A DNA stretch of 64,000 nucleotides, from NCBI GenBank assembly GCA_016839815.1, contig JAEOTM010000047.1, forward strand, positions 47,620 through 111,619, given 5' to 3'. Source of the stretch: Candidatus Hodarchaeota archaeon (GTDB taxonomy: Archaea > Asgardarchaeota > Heimdallarchaeia > Hodarchaeales > Hodarchaeaceae). Shown one piece after another: positions 30,342-38,576 of this stretch (within the stretch, counting starts at the first letter, position 1; every line of letters starts with the position of its first letter). The notes beneath the pieces are model-generated. The model had not been told where the DNA came from. It was given only the letters and a program-made list of their open reading frames with translations, and searched no databases. The translations under genes and the position numbers were made by a program.

Positions 30342-30935
30342 TGTCTTTCCCTATATTTGATATTATGATGAAATTGAATTAAATTAATAAATGAATCCTT
30401 TAGTTCAAGGCCCAAATAAAACTATTCTATCTAAGAAACGCCAAAAATTTTCTGCTATACTGGTGTTGGAAGATGTCTACACAAAAGTTTCCTCTTATTA
30501 CATTAAGCGGTACTCCAGAAGAAATAGGTACACAACATGGAGAACTCCTAAAAGACAAAATTCATTCTACAGTTACTTGGTATAAAAAATAATCTCTTCC
30601 GATGAAGAACGTATTTTAACTCTATGTAAGCATTTTAAATGGGAGAATGGGATTTAAGGAATACAAGTCAGGTTCTGAATATAAATTCCAGGTTGATGAG
30701 CTTGAGAAAAAACTGATGTAATCAGTATTAATCCTAAATTATGGTTTTTCCCCTTTATTTCAAATTACTTTGTTGTGAATAGAATCGTTCATTAAAACAA
30801 AACGTTTTCATAATACATACCAAATCACAGTGCATAGGACGCATGATAGGCTTCCTGCTTAGCTTATCAGAACAGAATGGCATTGATTGGCTTTCTAAAA
30901 ACTCCCTATATGTAGAATTCTCAATAAGGAGATAA

Positions 30936-31529
30936 GTGTTCTTGGTAAATGTTGGTATATTAGGAGATATGAACTGCGGAAAAACCTCTGTTTTTGTACG
31001 ATTTATGAATTCATTAGCAGCAACCAACGAAAAGATAATCGCTGGTAGCCCAGGTGGACCAGAGATGTATACCACACAGACTGTAGATTTCATTCGATTC
31101 ACTCATAGGGGATTTATCCATGTTTTATATGGCACAGGTGGGCATACAACACCTATTACCGATTATTATCGAGTTTATGTTTTGAGAAACGCTAACCGAT
31201 TCCTTTGCATGTTTGATCTATCGATTGACTTAGATAGGCAACTTGAATTCTATCATAATCTTGAAATTCCCACAAAACAAGTAACGATTTTTCTTAACAA
31301 ATATGATCTGGCAAAAGAAAACTATGAGGAATATAAGGAAAAGGTAGAGGATTTCTTTATTAATGATCAAAAAAAATTAATAAAAGAAATTCTTCCCACT
31401 GTCGCCATTAAAGTTGAGGATAATCAATTTAAAAAGGAATCACAGAATTGTTTAAAGGGGATTTTAGATTTGTGTGAGTTTGACAAAGATGCGTCTGCAT
31501 TTGACGTTTGGGATGGACAAGGAAAATAA
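30936..31529 (+). CDS. Atypical small P-loop GTPase (MglA/CvnD-like)
   Basis: G1 GDMNCGKTS, G2 YTTQTVDF, G3 LYGTGGH, G4 NKYD, G5-like PTVA. AAGGAGA RBS. Confidence 0.75.
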   Translation: MFLVNVGILGDMNCGKTSVFVRFMNSLAATNEKIIAGSPGGPEMYTTQTVDFIRFTHRGFIHVLYGTGGHTTPITDYYRVYVLRNANRFLCMFDLSIDLDRQLEFYHNLEIPTKQVTIFLNKYDLAKENYEEYKEKVEDFFINDQKKLIKEILPTVAIKVEDNQFKKESQNCLKGILDLCEFDKDASAFDVWDGQGK

Positions 31530-31548
31530 TTAAACCTAGGTTTTAATA

Positions 31549-32460
31549 TTGGAGAATTCTGATCCATTTACACAACTTGTTGATACTCTAGCTGTAATTG
31601 AAAATCAAAACCGCATTCTTTGCCTAATAGCGGTATATTTGGGTCAAAAAGCCGATCAAAACACTATCCAAGGAATTACCGACATACTCTCAAGTCTTTT
31701 AGGTAAACATGAGCAATTTACTACGACAAAAACTCGGGGGTTGATCACCTCTCTTGTGAATGGTGGGATTCTGGAAAGAGAAAGAGAGAAAGTAATCAGC
31801 TCTACAAAAGTTTCTTTTCATTCGATCAGTTCTCTAGGCTATATTGTTTTGACTTATGTCCTACTGACATATGTCATAAGAATCGATCCTGCTTCAATCG
31901 AATGGGATACCAAAAGATTCAATGAATATACTGATTCTGAAGAAAAGATGATTTTATTCTCTATTGACACCTTAATTACTCAGGAGACTACTCTGAAACG
32001 GGTTTATACTTCACTTAGATCAGGAAAAGACCCTCGTAAAATTAAACTCTCAAAACCCTTAATTATCCCAGTCAAAAAAGTCTTTTCTGGGAATACTGGA
32101 TATAGAGTGTTTAAAATCTTTGAAGAACTAATTTGGGATTACTTACACAATAATACAGGATTCACTAAATTGGGACTTGAACAATCAACAGAAATACCAA
32201 CTGCATTAACTGGTTCATTGAAGAAACTGGATGGACTCTTTCTTCAACAAGAGAATTGGACAAAAGAAAGACGCTACCGATTATCAATTCAGGGGATTTT
32301 CATTTTACCAATCTTTGCGTTACTAATTAAGCATTTTTCTGTGGATAAATCGTTATTTCCTTCCCTAAAATTAGCGAGACTAGAGAAAGATGAAAATTAT
32401 TGGATTTCTCTGTCAAAATTAGGACATACGTTTTTTAAAACGGTATATAGGATCTCATAA
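31549..32460 (+). CDS. Hypothetical protein, probably two winged-helix domains
   Basis: ITSLVNGGILERE..FHSISSLG and LKKLDGLF..RRYRLSIQG each resemble a wHTH recognition helix plus wing. Confidence 0.5.
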   Translation: MENSDPFTQLVDTLAVIENQNRILCLIAVYLGQKADQNTIQGITDILSSLLGKHEQFTTTKTRGLITSLVNGGILEREREKVISSTKVSFHSISSLGYIVLTYVLLTYVIRIDPASIEWDTKRFNEYTDSEEKMILFSIDTLITQETTLKRVYTSLRSGKDPRKIKLSKPLIIPVKKVFSGNTGYRVFKIFEELIWDYLHNNTGFTKLGLEQSTEIPTALTGSLKKLDGLFLQQENWTKERRYRLSIQGIFILPIFALLIKHFSVDKSLFPSLKLARLEKDENYWISLSKLGHTFFKTVYRIS

Positions 32461-32539
32461 TCCATTTTTTCTCTTTAATAGGGAAAATTAAAAAGCGACA
32501 AAATGAAAGATAACCTCCGAATTCTCAGAGGAAACTCAT

Positions 32540-33940
32540 TTGCTAAAGCTTTCAGATGAATTGAATAATCTCCATTATTTACCACTTGTGGATATTCACA
32601 CTCATATAGGCCGGGTTAAAATCGCAACAACAAAAGGAACCTCCCAACGAATCAACCAACCTCAAGATATAACGAATTTATATCAAAAGTTACAATATGA
32701 AATTGCTTCTCGTATCAATCAAACCAAAGAGAATCATTATATTGATATACTTGAGGTAGAAACATGTGTAGAACCTCTCTTCCCAATTGTTAAATCATTA
32801 CTCAGCGAACAATCCACAGTGAAATCACGAGCTTGGTTAGTAGACAAAATTGTAACATTCCCTTTTAATGACTTATTCCACCTAAAAACTGATCCTAAAT
32901 TTGTAAAAAGTAATCGTTATGTTCGTCATCAGGTCAATACATTGGAAAATACTTTTAGATTTACTCCTTTTTGTCGTGTTGATCCTACAGACTCGGATGC
33001 AACAAATGAAGTTCAAGAGTCTATTAAGCTTGGAATGTATGGATTGAAATTACATCCGCTTTCTCAAGGTTGGATAGAAAGAATAAAATCAGAAGAAACT
33101 AAGGAGGTATTACAAATTGCGGGAGATCTCAATATTCCAGTGATTTTTGATGTACCGAACAAAGGAGTGGCTCTTGATATTACAGCCGTGACTCAAGAAG
33201 CGCGTGATGAATCAGAGTTTCCTGTTTCGGTAATACTTGGTCATACTGGATTTGATTATTCTTCTCCGGAGGTTTTTGAGTGTCTCTCACAAGAAGGAAT
33301 GTATGCAGAAACTTCAGGAATGAGAGGGAAGGATGTTGAAATCTTCTTTAATAATGTATTAGAAGTTCCTGACTGGGAGGATAAGCTCCTCTTCGGTACT
33401 GACCACAATTATTTTAGTGTTCTTCAAGCAACGGATGTAATTGCTTTTTTATTCTCAAATCAGTTCCGCACATTACTAATCGAAAACGGAATTCAAAAAC
33501 AACCTATAGATATTGCATTCAAAATCTTAGGAGCGAATTCCTTATCCCTAATACCTGTAGCATGGCAAAGAAAAGAAAATAAATCTCCTAAACTCAAGTA
33601 TAAAATCAACAAACAAGTATTTCTTCAGTTTCTCAAGAAGTTCATGAGTATAGAGGGAAATTACCAGAGGATTGACTTGGGGTATGATCAAGCAAAAGAA
33701 CAAATTGTGCAAATCCTCACTATAGGGGAGAAAACCTCTAAAGTATCATTTGTAATTTATGAAACGATAAAACGAGACGAAATTCTTTTGCACTCACTTC
33801 ATTCAGCAATTCAAAAAGTGAATTATAGAGAACATTCATTATTTCCAATACTTTCCTCGCAAAAATCATTGAGAAGAGCAAAAAAATTGTCCTTGGAGAA
33901 ACTAGAGACTACGATGTCGCAGAATATGTCGCAAGAGTGA
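32540..33940 (+). CDS. Amidohydrolase_2-family TIM-barrel metallohydrolase with C-terminal extension
   Basis: VDIHTHIG, GLKLHP, ILGHTG, YAETSG, LLFGTDH, ILGAN. Confidence 0.85.
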   Translation: MLKLSDELNNLHYLPLVDIHTHIGRVKIATTKGTSQRINQPQDITNLYQKLQYEIASRINQTKENHYIDILEVETCVEPLFPIVKSLLSEQSTVKSRAWLVDKIVTFPFNDLFHLKTDPKFVKSNRYVRHQVNTLENTFRFTPFCRVDPTDSDATNEVQESIKLGMYGLKLHPLSQGWIERIKSEETKEVLQIAGDLNIPVIFDVPNKGVALDITAVTQEARDESEFPVSVILGHTGFDYSSPEVFECLSQEGMYAETSGMRGKDVEIFFNNVLEVPDWEDKLLFGTDHNYFSVLQATDVIAFLFSNQFRTLLIENGIQKQPIDIAFKILGANSLSLIPVAWQRKENKSPKLKYKINKQVFLQFLKKFMSIEGNYQRIDLGYDQAKEQIVQILTIGEKTSKVSFVIYETIKRDEILLHSLHSAIQKVNYREHSLFPILSSQKSLRRAKKLSLEKLETTMSQNMSQE

Positions 33941-36900
33941 AAACAATGGAACTAAAAGACTACTTATTAGAAACACCGTTATACTTCTCACATGGGATTG
34001 AAGTCGAAAATCATCTTGTGGATACTACTTCAGGTGAAGTACTGGTGGGAAATGATCTTCTGAGTACATGGGAGGAGATGTTTTCTGGAGCAGCAAAATA
34101 TTTAGAGAAACTAAAGAAAGCAAAACATACTCCAAAAACTATAGCAAAGAAGATAGTCAAAATAGAAGTCGCTGAAGAGCTAAAAAGAGAGAAACGGTTA
34201 AATTTCATATTCGTTCATTACCGACTTGGAAAGAAAACAGTCCGAGTCAATGTATTTGGTCCTGATCCAAATATTTCACAAATTACCTGGTTATTAGAAT
34301 TAGTAACCCCTCCCTGTGAGTATCTTGAAGAGATCGCATTTTGGATCGACTCTTTATACGCAGCTGCAGCTCATGGATTATCAAAACTAAAGAGTAAGTA
34401 CAAGCTGTTACCTTTAGGCCTGAATCCCATGGAAAAACGAGTACGAAGCGGTTTAACCTGTGGAGAGCACCACCATATTGGTGTAGCGTCATTTATTCGA
34501 GCACCTGTTTATAATATGTTACGCAACTATACTCCTCATTTGATCGCATTAAGCGCCACTTCTCCTTTTCTTAATCAAAAACCTAGTAGTAAGATCATTG
34601 TTAAGGAGAAAGAAGGAAAAAAGCAAGTAATTAGTAGAGGTATTCATTCTTATCGTCTAGCAAATAATACAGGACAAATGGGACCAAACATTCCGCAATA
34701 CCTTCCCATTATAGATGATATGACTACTCGGGAAGATTTTGCACGCTCGATCCGCAAAGTTCCCCCTGAGGACCGAATGATAGATCTTTTCCCCTATACA
34801 GATTATTCAACAATCGAGCTAAGGTTCTTTGATGCCCAACCTTGGAGGGAAAATCGTTTAGCTATGGTGTTACTTATTCAAGCCTTAGCACAAAAGACGA
34901 AAAACTTGATTAAAGAGAGGAAAGCAGTTCCAACTGTTTCTTCGCAGAGTTTATATGAAAACCGTCGAAAAGCAATTCAATTTGGCCTATTAGCTCAATT
35001 TACAAGGGATGAAAATCTAACTGGGGAGTTTGCCTGGTTCTATAACTATGATATCGAAAATGGAGTAAAAGCATCTAAGTTAATGCATTCTGTCCTGGCA
35101 TTATTCATTTACATTGAGGATGAACTTCTTGATTTGAATTCAAAGTATGTTGACCAGGTTCTTCTACCTGTTTTAGGTTCGGAAAAATTTGCTCCTCCAT
35201 TTACAGTATGTGAATATCTCCTATCACTCTTCACTGAAAAAGGGGAAAATGCCAATGAATTCCTGAATGAAATCTATTATTCTGAAAAACTTACTTATCC
35301 TCCGAAAGTAGCAGGTAATTTTTCTTCTTTTCTTGTTGAAAACCCTCCCGACTCATTTTCAGAAGTTAGTGCAGAAAAAGACAACTTAACCAGAATCTTA
35401 AGGCAGGATATCGCCACACGAGATGTTTTCAAGAGTCAACCTCCTCCAAAACCAAAAAAGAGAAAGATAAAGAAACCTGTTGTCCCTAAAGAGATACCTG
35501 TTGTAAAACCAAAGAAAAAAGTCCTAGTTGAAACACCTAAGAAAGTCCCACCTAAGAAGAAGGAACCAACCAAAACACCAAAAACAAAACCTGCAAAAGC
35601 AAAAAAACCAACTAAAGTTCCCCTCCTAAAGAAGGAAGTAAAGAAAACTCCTAAACTTAAACCAGTAGAAATCGTGCAGGAAAAAGCAAGTCAGGTAATT
35701 TCTGCATTTGATGAAAATGAAGATCTCGAAATTTATTCCCCTATGATTGAGATAGAACCAAAATATCAGAAGATTAACTCTAAAATCGCAAATATTATGC
35801 GTACACGTCGTCAAGAAATTGAAGCAAAACGAGTTGTATTCTTCCGAGAGCATCTAAAAGCAGAAGAATCTAATTTTAAGCCATTCCCAAAGAAAAGAGC
35901 CGCTGTATTTCCCGCTTTAATATCTGGTTCTGAATTATTTGGTTATATTGAGCTTACATTCGGTGATATAAAGAAAGTAATGTACCAATTTAGGAACAAT
36001 CCTATAACTTTAAGATTTTACGATGATACCACGAATAAAGAGGTAGATACGTTAAGGACTTTCATTGATATATCAACACTTGAAAAACGCCAAATGGTAA
36101 GAATACCTTGTTCTATCGACCTGGGAGAACTCTATGGAAAGATTAAGCTAAGAGTGGAGGCGGTTACCTCAACAAATCATCGATTATTGCCCGAAAAGTT
36201 CAGTTTTACATTAGAACGCAAAGATGAAATTAGTATTTCCCCCAAGGAGTTCTATATCACAAGTAATTTTGGGTCTGTAGAATGCATTTACAAAGCAACC
36301 AATGACTCAAAGAAGGAAGAAAGAGGGGAGTTGACGCTCCTATTAGCTACACAAGCATCATCATCACCTATTGTCATTTATGAGGAAAAGTTCTCAATTA
36401 AACCTCGTGCATCCTATGAATTGGCACGAAGTATTGATTTGTCAATTGATTATCAGCATAGTTCCTTTTATATTTTAGCTCGTGTAACTACAGGGCTTTT
36501 AAAGAAAAACCGATCTTTTAAGAGCATTCATGTTCCTGTATTACGTGAAGTGGTTGTCGATTGGTCATTTGAAACCCACACTGGTTCTAAAAATGACTTA
36601 TGGCTGGGTGTAGAGCCTAAAACACACTATGCTGTAGATTTTGTGTTTCATTTCCTTAGGTCATTGCCACCTGTAAGTATTACAATCTATATTAACACAT
36701 TTCCTCAAGGTGAAACAAAAAAATTGACGAGTTTACGATTAAAACGTTTCATCGATAAAGGAGACGAATTCCGTGCGCCAACGGTCAAATTTAAGACTCC
36801 GAAAAAATGTGGTTACTTAATCTTTGACGCGCAGATCCGTACTGAAAAAGGAATTCTTCCCATGCACCTTATTTCAGAACCTATTGGGGTATATGCGTTA

Positions 36901-36945
36901 ACCACAAAATCTACTTTCGAACAAAGCCGGAATTTAGATTTGTAA
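33937..36945 (+). CDS. Large GCS2/YbdK-family carboxylate-amine ligase with Lys/Pro linker and beta-rich C-terminal domains
   Basis: HGIEVE, LELVTPPC, CGEHHHIG, PHLIALSATSPF, SYR, TIELRFFDAQ, ENRRKAIQFGL. Confidence 0.82.
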   Translation: MKTMELKDYLLETPLYFSHGIEVENHLVDTTSGEVLVGNDLLSTWEEMFSGAAKYLEKLKKAKHTPKTIAKKIVKIEVAEELKREKRLNFIFVHYRLGKKTVRVNVFGPDPNISQITWLLELVTPPCEYLEEIAFWIDSLYAAAAHGLSKLKSKYKLLPLGLNPMEKRVRSGLTCGEHHHIGVASFIRAPVYNMLRNYTPHLIALSATSPFLNQKPSSKIIVKEKEGKKQVISRGIHSYRLANNTGQMGPNIPQYLPIIDDMTTREDFARSIRKVPPEDRMIDLFPYTDYSTIELRFFDAQPWRENRLAMVLLIQALAQKTKNLIKERKAVPTVSSQSLYENRRKAIQFGLLAQFTRDENLTGEFAWFYNYDIENGVKASKLMHSVLALFIYIEDELLDLNSKYVDQVLLPVLGSEKFAPPFTVCEYLLSLFTEKGENANEFLNEIYYSEKLTYPPKVAGNFSSFLVENPPDSFSEVSAEKDNLTRILRQDIATRDVFKSQPPPKPKKRKIKKPVVPKEIPVVKPKKKVLVETPKKVPPKKKEPTKTPKTKPAKAKKPTKVPLLKKEVKKTPKLKPVEIVQEKASQVISAFDENEDLEIYSPMIEIEPKYQKINSKIANIMRTRRQEIEAKRVVFFREHLKAEESNFKPFPKKRAAVFPALISGSELFGYIELTFGDIKKVMYQFRNNPITLRFYDDTTNKEVDTLRTFIDISTLEKRQMVRIPCSIDLGELYGKIKLRVEAVTSTNHRLLPEKFSFTLERKDEISISPKEFYITSNFGSVECIYKATNDSKKEERGELTLLLATQASSSPIVIYEEKFSIKPRASYELARSIDLSIDYQHSSFYILARVTTGLLKKNRSFKSIHVPVLREVVVDWSFETHTGSKNDLWLGVEPKTHYAVDFVFHFLRSLPPVSITIYINTFPQGETKKLTSLRLKRFIDKGDEFRAPTVKFKTPKKCGYLIFDAQIRTEKGILPMHLISEPIGVYALTTKSTFEQSRNLDL

Positions 36946-37046
36946 TGGATTCGAACTTGTACTCATTTCTTTCAAAGGATTTAATTTTTAAAGGATAAAT
37001 CAACCTAAACTGAAACAATATAGGATTACCTAACCAAGGAGACTTC

Positions 37047-38330
37047 TTGATGACTCACAAAGTTGTAAATGTAGGAAATATTGAAGGACGGGCATATCTC
37101 CATACCCTAGATATAGAAAAACTAGGTATTAATGAATTTGATTATGTTAAGATGGTGACAGAATGGGAGGATTGGGGTGCAGTTCAAATACTTTCATCAG
37201 ATGAAGTGGAACAGGGCACTATCGCTGTAGATGGAAGTGTACTCTCATCAGCAAACATCTCAGATGGTGATGCAGTCGAAGTTGAAGCAGTAAAGGCCAC
37301 AGCAGGTATTAAATCTATCAAACTTGGAATCGAACCTCTCGCAGGACAAGAGGTTGAAGAAGCTATCTTATGGATCGCTACTGAATTCGAACAGCTATCT
37401 ACATTGCTCAAAAATCGTCCTGTCTTTAATAATTTACAGATCTCATGGGAAGATTGCCCTATTGGAAGTTTGACCGTGAGATTCTTAGGTGCAGATCCTC
37501 CAATCCCTGACGAGGATATCGGAATAGTTGATCCTACTGGTAGAGAAGTAGAAATTAACATTATTCCTTTCACTGAAATGAGTTTCAACGCTGTTTTGGT
37601 TCTTGATGTATCGGGTAGTATGTCTAAAAAGGATATGAAAGTTAAAAATATTAGTGGCGCTCTAGAAGGATTGAAGAAAGGCTTAGACGAATCTAATGAA
37701 CTTAATGCGTTTATAGAAAAGTTTCAAGATGGAAAGAAAGTTTCTAGAGTGGATGCGGCTGCAATGGCAATTATGTTGTTCATGTCACTCAAGATTGCAA
37801 AGGGATGGGGAGAACAGATCCAATTATTGACGTTTTCTGGAGAAGTGGAGAAATTTGAACTTGGGGAATCAAATGTTATTTCCTGTGTAGGTGAAACCAA
37901 AAAAGCAGGAATTGAGAGTATTATAGATCACGTTGTGCAAAAAACCGCAGAAAGTACTGGGTTGACCTTTTTGAGTGGGGCAATTGATCAAGCATACAAA
38001 AGTATTGATAGTTTTGACGACAATCCTACAATCCAAAAGAAAAATCCGACCATGATTATTGTTCTGACTGACGGTAATCCAAATAAAGGAAATGGACTTG
38101 GAGTAAATCCTATTCCAATTGTTAAGCAACAGGTTGAGCAATTTCCCGAAGTGGTTCTCTATGCTATCGGTTTAGGCGAAGCAGATCGACTAATGTTACG
38201 TAAGATTGGAGAAATGGGTCGTGGAGGAAGTCTGATGGCCGATGACCTGGAAACGTTAATCGATTTTTACGATTCATTAGCTCAAAATTTCCAGATGGTC
38301 GTTAAAATGAAAAAGGAACCAGAGGAATAA
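37047..38330 (+). CDS. CDC48/VAT N-domain fused to a VWA domain
   Basis: The first ~175 aa follow the CDC48_N/CDC48_2 pattern. The VWA MIDAS is intact (LVLDVSGSM, GLTF, IVLTDG), plus YAIGLG. Confidence 0.8.
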   Translation: MMTHKVVNVGNIEGRAYLHTLDIEKLGINEFDYVKMVTEWEDWGAVQILSSDEVEQGTIAVDGSVLSSANISDGDAVEVEAVKATAGIKSIKLGIEPLAGQEVEEAILWIATEFEQLSTLLKNRPVFNNLQISWEDCPIGSLTVRFLGADPPIPDEDIGIVDPTGREVEINIIPFTEMSFNAVLVLDVSGSMSKKDMKVKNISGALEGLKKGLDESNELNAFIEKFQDGKKVSRVDAAAMAIMLFMSLKIAKGWGEQIQLLTFSGEVEKFELGESNVISCVGETKKAGIESIIDHVVQKTAESTGLTFLSGAIDQAYKSIDSFDDNPTIQKKNPTMIIVLTDGNPNKGNGLGVNPIPIVKQQVEQFPEVVLYAIGLGEADRLMLRKIGEMGRGGSLMADDLETLIDFYDSLAQNFQMVVKMKKEPEE

Positions 38331-38576
38331 AAGTTAAATTATCCTCCAATATTTTCTTCTTTTCATAACATCTGGTGACACCTAAATTTATAAAACTCTC
38401 TAATCCTTTCCCATAAGAGCTCAAGAAGGAAAATTTTTCACCTAATACATTTCAAATTATTTGTAATCCAAATAAAATCCTTAGGAAGAAGACTAAATTA
38501 TTTATACTTTGATGAAGAGTGCATAGACCCCAACTTGTAAATGAGCTTTTTTGGGAATGAGTGTTTAGGTGAACAT

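Noticed and set aside
30342-30935. Short ORFs (30391-30585, 30755-31102) and a possible C/D-box sRNA (CTGA ~30675, TGATGA ~30694, CTGA ~30713) in the divergent intergenic region
   Set aside because: The ORFs have no motifs and one overlaps the GTPase antisense. The sRNA lacks a properly placed 5' C box. The region is most simply divergent promoter DNA.
31549-32460. ESCRT-II (Vps22/25/36) homologue
   Set aside because: Only a generic tandem-wHTH impression; no recognisable ESCRT motifs or neighbours.
33937-36945. True pupylation ligase PafA/Dop
   Set aside because: The motifs fit YbdK/GCS2, and no Pup-like small acidic ORF ending GGE/GGQ or proteasome genes are visible nearby.
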